Source of the DNA: Entomortierella parvispora E1425
Taxonomy: Eukaryota; Fungi; Mortierellomycota
NCBI GenBank assembly: GCA_020891255.1
Contig: BQFW01000015.1
Coordinates: 62,001-126,000, forward strand
Direction of reading: 5' to 3'
Length of the DNA stretch: 64,000 bases
The translations under genes were made by a program, and so were the position numbers. Below, in pieces: positions 25,258 to 37,838 of this stretch (position 1 is the stretch's first letter; each line of letters opens with the position of its first letter). The notes under the pieces are model-generated. The model saw only the letters and a program-made list of their open reading frames with translations, was not told where the DNA came from and did no database searches.

Positions 25258-28200
25258 GGTTCCTTGATTTCTGTTCAATCGATCGGAAATATTCGTTCGA
25301 TCCAGCCAGAAAGAAAAAGGGGGGAGGAGGAGAGAGAGAAAGAGAGAAGGAGTGTGAGATAGAGGAAAATCAGGCGAGAGGGCGAGAGTGCTAGAAGGGA
25401 GAGGAGGTGCAAGAGAAGAGCAGAGAATAAAGAAGAAAAGGAAGAGGGAGCGAGAGAGGAAAAGAAAAGAGAGGGAAGAGGGAAAGAGAGAGAAAGAGAA
25501 AGAGAAAGGAAGTAAGGAAGCAAGCAAGGAAGGAAGGATCGTAGAAGGAAGGAGTTGAGAAAAAAAAAAAAGGGAACCTGCACCCAAGAACGCAGACGGA
25601 TCATATCACAGACAACATACTCCCCCTCCGTCTCCATCCACTCTCATCCGGCGCACCCGGTTGAGAGAAGCTCTCGTTCAATCGAGCGTTCACTGTTATC
25701 AGCGATGTCGCTGTTGTTGTTGTTGTCGTCAAGGCGGACAGGGAGTGCGCGCGATTGTTCACACCCAATAATACATATGTCGGGCCCAGCAGTGAGCACA
25801 AGTGGACACAAATGAAAAAAAACAAACCACGACAACCCTCCCCCTCGCCTTTGCAGGGAACAGAGCTGACTTGCATGAACACAAACACAAAACACCGACC
25901 GTCCTGTCAGCGGCGAGCACCCTGAAAAGTAGCCTCTTTTCATTTTTACCCACATCAAGTCTGAGAACATGAAGGGGAAACAATGGAAGAACAGAGAGTG
26001 GATGAAGGAAGGAAAGAGGAAAGGCAAACACAAGGAAGAAAAACCCAAGGAAGAAGAGGCAGTAAAACAGAGGTCTTCTCTTTCGGCAGCACAGCAGGCT
26101 TTTTTTTCATCGCCGGGGACTTGGATCTCCTCATCTGTTAGGCTGATCCTCCTTCTGTTCTTTGGTCTGCAAGTAAAGAGTAGGGGGTGGTGGCGATCAA
26201 AGGCTGTGTATATGCTTTGTAAAGCAGCGTCCTGTGTTGTATGTGCTTGCGTGTACAGAAGTGGTGGGGGAGCAGGGATGTATTTCATATTCATTTACCT
26301 GAGTGGCAATAATAATGCTGTGCTTTCGTGAAGGGCCTCTTTTTAGATTTTTTTTTTTTTTTGGGTATTCAGCGCAAACCGCAATCCGGAAGGAAGAGAA
26401 GGGGTTTCCTTGGGACGGATGGCAGAATTGCTGTGGTTTATATAGCGGGTCAGTCTGAACACATTGACAATGTAGCAGGCCAATAGTGGTTTGTTTAGGT
26501 GTTGTTGTTGTCATTGACAGGGGCCTATTCCGACCACTTGCCAACGGTACAGTCTATCTCGGTCTCCAGTCTCGTCAGCCAGCAGCACACTCAAGTTCAG
26601 GGCAACACCCAAAAGAGGGAATATGTTGACCAGACAGACACACAACCAGACGCGCACAGCGGTTTAGGAACATAGGTTCTCGCTCTCCTACCAATCGTAG
26701 AGATATCTGTTGACCGGATCGTGAACTAGGGACCTTAAAAAAAAGTCAGGAACAAGGTACAAGAGCTTTATTGAACTCTCTTCTCATGACCCTGGCCCCT
26801 CTACTTGAGTCGGAACTGGTTGGCCAGAGAGGGAGGCCCGGCAAATTGATTACCATGACAAAAAGGTACAAGGTACTTTCTCAATTTCAGACAGCAGAGA
26901 CCAGACACGGGAATGACCCCGCTGGTGCGGTCGTGACGACGTCCATCGACTTTTTTTTTCTTATTTCTTTTACAGTACAGTACAGTACTCCAAAACCATT
27001 TCAATAGCGCAGATGTGTATACCATTCATGCAAAATGACCAAGTCCAACTGCCATAGACCAAGACAAAAGACGATGTGACACACAACGATGTCTAACAAA
27101 TTGGCACCCGCACCAACAGCTGGGATTCATTGCCATTGCATCTTGAGATATTGACAGGGACGGGAATGCAGCCACCGCTTGTAGGTCCTGTTTGAGGTTT
27201 CTTCACTTGCCTGGTCCGAGAACAATTGACCTGGAAAATCAAACGAGGGTCACAAAGCACAAGTCGAATGTGCACACTAGACACAAAAGAGCACTTGAGA
27301 GCCAACAGTGGCCTTGTTTTCCATGTTTGTCTCCCGCCAGTCGACGTGGGCAAGACGTGGCAAACCCACGCACCTTTGTTTTTGCTTTGAGTTGTGCGAA
27401 TTTATCATGACTACGGTCAAACGTGGTTGGGTCGATGATCGATATCGTCCTTATTTCAAGTGCAGCTGCAATGGATCGCGCCACCGATCTTACGATGTTT
27501 TTGGTAGGCGTCCACTTCGGTGTTTGGCTGAGGTGGTTCACACGGCAATTCCCGCGCTCCTCCCAAGTCGGTCTCTCACCGCGTTCATTCCTCGGGAACT
27601 CATCGAGGCTGTGACTTTGCAACAAGAAAGTCCCGATGTCTTTCCATCCGGAGCTGCTATTCTGCTGACAGATGACTTGTCTTGTGTCGTCATGAGTACC
27701 GTCAGGGGAAAATGTGTCCACTGCGCCGCTCGTGCTATTTGCCCCAAGCAAGGAAGGGAACTATGGGAAGCCACGCTATTCGTTCGATTCTCTGGCTCGA
27801 GCTCAGACCCTTTGGTCGATCCCTTTCGAAATCTCGGGCTCAAGGGTACCTAGAAGGGGTACATCTACATAGCACCGAGACAAACAACCTTGTTTTTTCC
27901 GAGGCCTCTTCTGTGGCGACAGTCCAGGGCAGAGACGAACGTGGACTCACTCACCTGCCAGACCACTCGACTGGACTCTCACAGAGGAACCAACGAGTTC
28001 TGTTCAGCCCAGACCTGTTTTCGCTTAAAAGAGAGTTCAAACCCTCACACACATGAAGGTTCGTGGTTTAACCAGAGGTCGTCTGCTGGTCACCACTCTC
28101 CTCCCTTTATTACAAAAGAGGGAAGACAAGAACAAAGGAAAGACAGTTGGGGGGGGGGGGGGGGAATAGGGCTGTCTTGTCTTCACTGGTCCCACTCCCG

Positions 28201-28466
28201 CCCTCCTATGACAGCCGAAGACAGTAGAGACGCAAACGTTAATGGGCCACAATGGTTTGATACAAGGACCTCAATTTACTGGACACATTCAGCTCCGGTG
28301 GCCCAAGTCCACCAACCCCATTGCTTTTTTTTCTGGGAGATAGAGCCCAAGTGCTCAGTGCGATGGTCATGTCTCTGCTTTGTTTATGTAGGAGACAAAA
28401 TCAAGGAGGAAGAAAGGCAACCAGAAACTCAATTACCATTTCGTTTCTGACAATGGCATCAATAGA

Positions 28467-28661
28467 AACTACCGAGGTCCCTTTGTTCGCTGCTGGAGCT
28501 GAACAAAGAAAATAACGCTCAATTGGTGTGGGGAGGTGTTTCGTCGGTACTGCTAACGGGGCCGAGATATCTTCACTGAGTATGGTCTGGTTTACTTGGC
28601 TCCCCAGATCTGATACCTGTGGGATTACCATAACCTTTGCGGTGTAGACTCAGTTACATTC
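28467..28661 (+). ncRNA. Candidate structured ncRNA (H/ACA-like), unconfirmed
   Basis: Inverted repeats TACCGA/TCGGTA, CTTTGTTC/GAACAAAG and ACTGAGT/ACTCAGT, followed by ACA at 28656-28658. There is no perfect H box. Confidence 0.2.
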
Positions 28662-28791
28662 CCACTCATTCTCATCCCTCCTTTTTTACCCTTTAGTCTC
28701 CTCCCCCTTTCCCAGATCTAGCACTAGTTCGAGAGAGGCACAGCAAAAAGAATCGAACCTTCAGATCTCGCCTTCCATGCACGGGCTCGGA

Positions 28792-28901
28792 CGTGAGAAA
28801 AGAGGGGGACGACAGTAAAAAAAAGGGGGGAGAGGGGAGCTGATTCCGTGAGAAAAGAGGGGGACGACAGTAAAAAAAAGGGGGGAGAGGGGAGCTGATT
28901 C
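28792..28901. repeat. Exact 55-bp tandem duplication
   Basis: cgtgagaaaagagggggacgacagtaaaaaaaaggggggagaggggagctgattc occurs at 28792 and at 28847. Confidence 0.9.
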
Positions 28902-29198
28902 TTTGAAGGAGGAAGACAGTTTTTTTTTTTTTTTTTTTTTCGGAGGGCACGGTTGATGCATGGTCGCACGGACAGTGAAAGAGGGGGTTTTCACACGCCA
29001 TGTGCGGCGGACTTCACATCACAATTTCGCGCCTGTTCAAAAAAAAAAAAAAAAAAAAAAAGATAATCCTATCTTACCCCCATTTCTTTTCGGAACTGTT
29101 CAAGTTGCAGGGCAATCGGCAGCCCTGTTGCAGGGCATGGCTGTATTTGTGAAAAGATTGTTTGGAAAAGTATCCTTATATTATTACAAGATTTGCGT

Positions 29199-30705
29199 CT
29201 ATGCTCTTTGCTTCTTTGGAAGGGTTTCGGCCATGGTGGACAGATCAAAGGTCTGATCGTTGGGGTCATAGTTTTCAATGCTAAGTAATACGAAGCAAAC
29301 AAAAAGATATATCGTTAGTATACCTCTCATACACTCCGTCTTCACTACAGCCCAATCAGTCACTCCATTAAATGCAAACCCGTACATGAGGCGGTAAAGG
29401 TACGAGGGTGGGTGTCCTCCTTGGTTTGTGAGAAAGAGATCCACCAGAGTTGGTGAAACATAGTCGTAGTAAGGGTTCGTCACAGTCACTTTCTCAATCA
29501 AGTCTCCTTCCTCAAAACCGAGGATCGAGTCTGGGTTCATGCTGACGTTGAAGCTGTCCTCGTCGTAAGGATACAATGGAGAAAGCTTGTACAGTCCAGT
29601 ACAAACAACAACGGGGATGGAATGATGCTTGGCCGCCGAAGCCATCATGTGGGATCCAGAAATAGCAATCAACCCTCCATTTGCCAAAACTATCCCCACG
29701 AGATTGAAAGATGCAAAAAGTCAGCGGCGCGACAGTACAGTGGTTCAGTGGTTGGGCTGCAAAAAGATGTCAAAATACGTTCAGCTCCCGATGCTGCTGT
29801 CGCTTACCTGCATGGGTGCCCAAGATAACCTTGTTCACGCGCGACATCACAGCAAACACTGCCGAATCGGGGATGACAGTTGTCTCGATTCCTGCCTTTG
29901 AAAGCTCCAGCGCCATTTCCTGACCAGAATATCTATGTCAATGAAAGAGAAGACGAGGAGTTAGAGATTGATAGACAGCTTCGTTGAAACATACAATTTG
30001 TTGCTGACATCCAAAACGTACGAGGGTGCCGACTCTGCCACCAAGACTTGGAACTTGCGCTTGCTAGCCGCCATCTTCAAAAACTCCTCCACGGTCTTTG
30101 AACGTCCAATTGTCATGATAATTTCGCTATAGTTGCAAAAAGTTTGAAGAGTCTGTGTGAGTGTCCACGCCAATTTGGTAAAAAAAGCCGTCATTGCGCA
30201 TCCAAACATACTTGGAGTGAATATGCAGAGATGCCTGGTTCTTGATCTGATCGTAGATGTTCTCGAGGTCGTCCTTGATCTCTCGGATTTCCTGGATGAT
30301 ATTGCTCCTGAGACTGGAGGGATAGTGCACATTGTCCTTGCTGGCAGATCCTGTCTCACCCAGAAGGTTATACATGGAACTAGATGTTGTAAGTGGTGCA
30401 GGCTGGAATTCGTTGAGGTTTGCATCCTTCTCGGCTTCGGCCTCGCGATATTCTTCACGGATGACGTGCAAAACACGACGGACAATGTTTCCGACAGCGA
30501 GCTCTGTTGGGTTGGCCTCGATCAATTTCTGACCAACGGATTTGACGAGATTCAAGAGCTCATTGGGCTTGGACCAGTTGTTCTTGGAGATGACAACGAT
30601 CAGCAGCTTCAGTGTTGCCTGAGCCACTGTTGAGGATCCGACAAGCTGTCTACGCTTCAGCTTGGCGACAAGATCGTCGACAAGATCATTTGTGCCTTTG
30701 CTCAT
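29199..30705 (-). CDS. GCD7: Translation initiation factor eIF2B subunit beta, 369 aa; exons 30705-30212, 30126-30022, 29932-29808, 29689-29386 and 29280-29199
   Basis: [67 protein letters not shown] and [29 protein letters not shown]. Four GT-AG introns close in frame. Confidence 0.95.
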
Positions 30706-31391
30706 GTTATATGATATTTGTTTTTGTTGAGTGTTGGAGTTTCCTGTGTCGGGTATCCCTAGGTGTTGGTGTTGATCCCGATTTGCGATCCTGATGTCAA
30801 AGGTGATCTTGCTGATGGTGGCAAAGAAAAGACTGTTGTGTGTTGAAGTTCAGAAGTTACATCCTACGTACGGCAGAATAAAAAATATGTACATAGCACG
30901 TGACTTTATCAAATCCAGGAAGATGCATCCGATCGTAGTTGCTGCAGATCAGTTTTGTTTTTTATTGGATGCAACCCTGTTGTCGATTTGAATTCCTTCT
31001 CTTCACATTCATTTGGGATCATGTATGTGTGCTGGACAACGATACATCGCCTCGTATATACCGGCTTCATAACGGACAGGACTTTCGAATCTTTCTTGCA
31101 GGATAGCCAATGCATTCGAAGCCATCAGATTCAGGAAAAATTTTCACCTTTGTTCTTTCAGGATTGGATGTACCATCTCCAAAGCAGGATTTCTGGATGC
31201 AAAGAATCACAAATCCGATGTCGAAACGCTGATTCATAGACCATTGATCCAGAATCTCTCTCACACCATGATGAGAACAATGCAGTCGATCGAACCATCC
31301 ACTTAATGCAGGGCAAAGCTGGATTGTCTAGAATCATGGAGAGACCATCATCTAATTATTCATTCTCTCCATCCTGTGTTTTAGTTCAAAC

Positions 31392-32452
31392 ATGTCTGCT
31401 GATCTTACCTGGTATGCAACACCCTTCGGATTTATGAAGAAAAGACAGGACAAGAGCTATTTCTCTATGGAAAGTCATGGACAACACTGCTGATACATAT
31501 GGATCTTCCTTATACAATGTAGGCTTCTTATCAAGAACAACAACTCGTTCCTTGTCAAGCGCTCCGGCGTCCAGTTCTCCCGCGAGGCTGGCAACTTGTT
31601 GAACAAGAACTCGTTCAAGTTCTCTGGCATTGCCAACAAGAAGGTACTTGCTTTGCAATTGATCTTGAGTCGCAAAGCGCAGGATTCTGGAACTGTGGAC
31701 AATACAGGGGTAGCCTGACTTTATTGGGCCAGGACCATGATACCTGTGTGCATTAGCCAGGCCATGGAGTTGAAGTACTCAGACGTATTCACACAATCGC
31801 GAAATTTATGAAATAGACCATCGATATCCAGGCCGCTGAGCGTGGTGTCGTTGTCTCCACCAAGAACAACAAGGTCACCCTCACCAAGGGTATCCGCAAG
31901 TCTGCCCGCTCCGTCGCTGGTCTTGCCCGTGCCGGTCACCGTGCTGACCTTCGTCAGGTAAGGATTACGCGCTCTCTGGAACGTGTTGATTCTCCACCCC
32001 TTTTTTATTCTCGAGGGACGTTATTTCCACCAGAGGGGCTTCCTTTTGGTTGCTCTTCAGCAAAGTGCTAGAACCCAGCAGATTCTATCAACATGAAAGC
32101 TGGGCGTACATTATTTGCAAGATTACACATATGCCTTGTCCCTCAAAGAGCGGGCAAGGATGGCCACGTTTCTGCACTCTTATCAAGCAATGGGTTTTTT
32201 ATATTCAAAGTCTTGCGACAGTTACATGGGAACATACTTTCCTTTCACCTTTTTTTCTTCCACGATCTACACCATGGAGTCGTGACTCCGAAGAGTGATC
32301 ATGATCTAACGTCTTATTGCAACTCTTTTTTTTGTCATGAATACACAATTTAGGCCGCTCTTGCCCGTGTCTCTGCTGTCCTCGCCAGCCAGAAGGCCGT
32401 CAAGGCTGCCCCCAAGAAGGCTGCCAAGGGTGTCCGCGCCAACAAGAACTAA
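31392..32452 (+). CDS. RPL28: 60S ribosomal protein eL28, 126 aa; exons 31392-31411, 31523-31643, 31817-31957 and 32354-32452
   Basis: [47 protein letters not shown]...RADLRQAALARVSAVLASQK, with the strongly biased codons typical of ribosomal protein genes. Confidence 0.93.
32064..32223 (+). ncRNA. Candidate intronic box H/ACA snoRNA in RPL28 intron 3
   Basis: Hairpin CCCAGC/GCTGGG, then ANANNA (ACATTA, 32108-32113), then hairpin GCAAGATT/AGTCTTGC containing CCTTGTCC/GGGCAAGG, then ACA at 32218-32220 plus 3 nt. Confidence 0.35.
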
Positions 32453-33065
32453 AGCCATATATATACAGTGTTCAAATTTGATCTGTACCATTGAATAAAT
32501 GGCCCGTTGAAGCATATCATATCTGTTCCTTGACTTCTCTTGTGTTTTTTTGGGTATATATGCGTGGAGAACCCAATGACGAAAATTCAAATCACGTGAC
32601 AGATTTTTGGAATGGAAATTTATATGCGTTTCGTGCGGGCGGAATGTGTACTTTCTCTTTCTCAACACTCACCAGGTGCGTGAGACACTGCGGCCAGCGA
32701 AATCGGATACTGTGGAGAACTGCACCATCCATCCCACAGGAGCATCCATCGATCAAGCGGCAATGCTCTCCATCGATCTCAACATCTTGAGCAAGCACGA
32801 CACTTATCGCCACTTTCACTCAGGATCGACACATCGACATCTTCGGGACATCGCCAGCATTCGTTCTGACAGATGAATGAAAGATGCATGTGGATGAAGG
32901 ATGTCCTTGATCTGGATTACACAGGACAATCTTTAGGAGGACTAGCAGAATAGACCTGCCGATAATCAATCACTGACAGTTGACAATCCCCAACAGGAAG
33001 GAAATCATCATCAAACCATCTGGTGTCAACCTACATCGGTCATCGGACAACCTCCCCAGCAATGA

Positions 33066-33919
<854 letters not shown>

Positions 33920-35029
33920 ATGACTCGCCCCCTTGTCGCCTCGTTTTTCAATCAAACAAAAAACGTTGCACGGGTCATTTCAATTATTGTCGTTCGTTGT
34001 CTTTGCAAACTTCAATAAAAGAAACACTTGTGTTTTTTTCCTATCCTTTTTATCAGAAAGGGAGTGGAAGAAAAATTATCCTAGGGAATCTCCCAAAAAG
34101 CACTGTGATGTGACCTTAATACTAGCAATGTTATTCATGGGAGGTAAGGGACAGAACGAAGATGATGAAGAAGAAAAGAACAAAGACAAAGTGAGTGGGA
34201 TATGCTATAGATCTCAATAGCCGCCGCGGGCACGATCAGGAGCTCATAAAGAAAGTTTCAATTGCCCGTGTTGAACCGATTACTCTAGGATGGTAGTGCT
34301 GTAATGATATTGTCCCAACGGACTCTTGTGATCGTTGGCGTGCACACAAACCCTCTGCCGACTTGCTGCTCGCATGGAAGGTGCGGCAGCAGGACTCTGG
34401 CAGCCAAAAATATACTCGAAGAGAGGGATGCAACCATGGACAGCATCCCCCTAGGCGCAATTCTGATGAGTCCTCTGTATCACGTCTTGGCAACTCTGCC
34501 TTCCATGGCTCACACAGAAGGTAGTTCGCTGCAAACAAGATTAATAAAACGATGCACAAGAGAGAAAGAGAGACGTGCGGGAAAACACGCGTTCTCACGG
34601 AAAAGAAGGGGAAGAAGACGCACGAGCAAAGAGGAGCCGTATGTTTCCGAGGAGAGCAAGAGGTGCTTTTCATCAATGGCCCTGACAAACAACAAATCAC
34701 AAAGCGCCTTTAAATGGGCTAAGCTCCACCTTCCGAAAGCACCTCGCTATTTTGACCTATGCACCTGTAGTTCAATGGAGGAAGGGGGTTGGTGATACAA
34801 TGACGGACAGACGAGGAAACACGAGCAAGAAAAGCCCTAAGTCCGTGAGGAGGTCTCCGGAATGACACGCCTGAGGTCTACCCATCGTCGGAAGGAGGAG
34901 ACCCATCCGCATTGACGACACCCTCGCTCGCCCCTCCTTTTTTCTTTCCTATAAAGGTGGACCTATCCCAACTTGACCCTCCTTCTTTACTCCACTATCT
35001 CTCACTTTTCATCACCCTTACAGATAACA

Positions 35030-36346
35030 ATGGTCTGTTCTATCATTCATGCCATGGGATATTTTTTTTCTTTCGCTGATTACTGCTCCAGTCGACTGAA
35101 ATCAAGTTCCTTCTGTCTCTCGTTCCATCTTGCGCTCTTCCATAGTCTCCAGCTCCAGAACACAACAGCGTTAAAGTCGTCGTCTGCGGCGCTGCAGGAG
35201 GAATCGGTCAGCCTCTCTCGTTGCTCTTGAAGCAATCGGACCTTATCTCTCACCTTGCTCTCTTTGATGTTGTCAATGCCGCTGGTGTCGCCGCCGATCT
35301 TTCGCACATTAACACAAAGTCCAAGGTCACTGGTCACGGACGTGAATCGATGGACGAGGCCCTCCAGGGTGCTCACACCGTTGTCATCCCAGCCGGTGTT
35401 CCTCGCAAGCCAGGCATGACTCGCGATGATTTGTTCAAGGTAAAGAGCACATCCAGTCTTATTCGGCAGAGAAAAGACATGTTCGAGGCGGAAGTAGGCG
35501 CGCCATAGCATCTGTGTTTTGAATCCTCAATCCTCAATCCTCAAACCTTGTGTCATGTAGATCAACGCCGGTATCATCCGCGATTTGGCCGAGGGCGTTG
35601 CCAAAAACTGCCCTGACGCTTTTGTCCTCGTCATCTCCAACCCTGTCAACTCAACCGTCCCCATTGTTGCCGAGGTTCTCAAGAAGCATGGCATCTTCAA
35701 CCCCAAGAAGTGAGTATACTCCCATCAGTCTGTTTCCTATGGTAACAGAATACGCTCTAACCTTTGGTTTTTTCGTGTCAATAGGGTCTTTGGTATCAGC
35801 ACCCTGGATGTTGTTCGTTCGTCCAGATTTGTTTCTGAGGTCATCCCCTCCGTTGACCCCAAGTCGACCCGTGTTACTGTCGTTGGGGGTCACTCTGGTG
35901 TGACCATTGTGCCCATTCTGTCCCAGATCCCTGGTCACGCTTCCTTGACCCAGGAACAAATCGATGCCCTTACTCACAGAATTCAGTATGGTGGAGATGA
36001 GGTCGTCAAGGCGAAGGACGGTGCCGGTTCTGCCACCCTCTCTATGGCCTTTGCAGGTGCGCGCTTCACCAATGTGATTTTGGAGGCCACTGTTGCTGGA
36101 AAGGCTGGTTTGGTCGAGTCAACCTACGTCAACTTGGCTGCTGACAGCTCAGCGAGCACTCAGGCATTCCGTGAGAAGACCCAGTTGGACTACTTTGCCT
36201 TGGACGTCGAGTTTGGTCGTGAGGGCGTGAGCAAGATTCACGCTCTGCCCAAGGTCTCTGCTTATGAGCAGACACTCTTGGACGCAGCCATCCCAGAGCT
36301 CAAGGCCAACATCGAGAAGGGTGCCAGCTTTATCACTGCCGCATAG
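35030..36346 (+). CDS. MDH: NAD-dependent malate dehydrogenase, 335 aa, with no presequence or PTS1; exons 35030-35032, 35146-35439, 35561-35709 and 35785-36346
   Basis: [62 protein letters not shown], and [23 protein letters not shown]. Confidence 0.95.
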
Positions 36347-36448
36347 ATATCTCAGTTTCCAACGTGCTCATGTCTATAGAACGAGAACCTGCTTGTAAAT
36401 ATTATTAAATCGTTTGTGAACGACAAGTTTATTGAACTACAGCGATAT

Positions 36449-37426
36449 TTAATCCGAGTCCGAGTCCGAGCCATAGGACCCAACAAGTGCCAATAAACTA
36501 GATGGCTTCTTTGCACCAGAGGATGCTGGCACTGCCGCTGTTGACGATGATGGTTGTGTTGTTGTGCCTGACTTTTTTGAAGCTACTGACGACAGTGGCG
36601 CAGTGGTTACGGATGTTGAATTTGAGGTGGCGGCGACGATGGATGGCTTCTTTGCGGTCAGTCCTAATGAACCTCCTTGCTTGCGCTTCTTTGTAAGAGG
36701 CTGGCTAAAGTCTGGCAATGATAGTGGGGATGAAAACTTTGCCATGGCGATTTGAGCGGCGTTTGGTTCATTGTCTCCACCCAAATCTTCATCCCGGATC
36801 CTCTTGACAGATTCGCCATCGACGTCCTTGAATACGGCCTTCGCCAGTCTTTCATCCTCTTCCTCCTCCTCTCTTTGTTTCCGCAATGCAATCTCATCCT
36901 CTGACCCAACCAACTTTTCCAAGATCTGGTCTGCGTCCACTCGTTCGTTCATAGAGTTCCTTGTCCTGATCTCGTCCAAAGCATCCATGATTTCCATCTC
37001 TCGTTTTGAATCCTGGGTCCTGTTCTCCAAAGCCTTCATGGGGTTGTTTTCCTCCTCTTCTTCACGCTCGGCCGCCATCTCCCCGCTGACGTCGCGCCAG
37101 GGCTCAAAATTGCGCTGCGCTCCATGTTCGGCCACATAGTCTGTGTTGGCAGGATCGGTCTTGAAGGTGATCTCGGCAGCACAACGGTTGCAGCGGATAT
37201 AGAACCGGAAAATCTTGATGTTGTGGTAGGTCTCCTCGGTGGTTTCCTTGCGAGCATTGAACTTTTTGCCCTTGTAGATGTACTCGCCACAGGTGTTGCA
37301 TCGCATGGAGAATGGGGTCATGAGACGAACTTTGTGTTGCAGATCCTTGGGTTGTTTGCGACGAGGGATGAGCGCGGGATCGAAATCCGGAGGGAAGTAC
37401 TTGTTGAGGACCTTGCGCTCGGACAT
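36449..37426 (-). CDS. YJU2: Splicing factor Yju2/Cwf16 (CCDC94), 325 aa, single exon
   Basis: [46 protein letters not shown], and [20 protein letters not shown]. Confidence 0.97.
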   Translation of the reverse strand: MSERKVLNKYFPPDFDPALIPRRKQPKDLQHKVRLMTPFSMRCNTCGEYIYKGKKFNARKETTEETYHNIKIFRFYIRCNRCAAEITFKTDPANTDYVAEHGAQRNFEPWRDVSGEMAAEREEEEENNPMKALENRTQDSKREMEIMDALDEIRTRNSMNERVDADQILEKLVGSEDEIALRKQREEEEEDERLAKAVFKDVDGESVKRIRDEDLGGDNEPNAAQIAMAKFSSPLSLPDFSQPLTKKRKQGGSLGLTAKKPSIVAATSNSTSVTTAPLSSVASKKSGTTTQPSSSTAAVPASSGAKKPSSLLALVGSYGSDSDSD

Positions 37427-37838
37427 GGTGGCTGGTTGGGGGTGGTGAGGTTGTTGTGTGTGAGAGAGAGAGTGAGAGAGAGTGAGAGAATGAGGAAAGA
37501 AGACAGGAGAGAGAGAGAGAGATGCGACGTCGATTGAGGAGTGAAGAGGACGGACTGCTTTGTCACTTTCCCGGATAATAAATAATTTCAATAAAAACTA
37601 AAAACTAGTCCGGGTAATCCATCTCTCTCCATCCCATCATCTCTTCTCATCTCTATTCTCTCCTTCTCCCCTCTCTTTTCCCCTCTCTTTTCCCTTCTGA
37701 CCCCCCTCTGCACATCCGCATCATCCCTCATCCGCCTATCCCCTGATCGTTTCCCCTCTTTCTTTCTTTCTTCCCCTCTCTCCCTTCTCTCTCCCTCTCT
37801 TTACAGCATCCTTCTTCTCCTGTTCACTCTCCATCACA

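Noticed and set aside
25258-25587. N-terminal 110-aa extension of the zinc-finger ORF
   Set aside because: It is a translated CT-rich tract (L/S/F/P only) starting at a non-ATG codon; MPQQHD is the more plausible start.
27239-27853. Opposing 170-aa and 181-aa ORFs in the intergenic region
   Set aside because: No recognisable motif, codon bias or splice support; they probably arise by chance.
28690-28800. GGTTCGATT on the minus strand resembling a tRNA T-loop
   Set aside because: No acceptor, D or anticodon stems could be built around it.
34236-34795. 154-aa and 163-aa ORFs between RPL40 and MDH
   Set aside because: No domain similarity; they overlap a probable promoter or terminator region.
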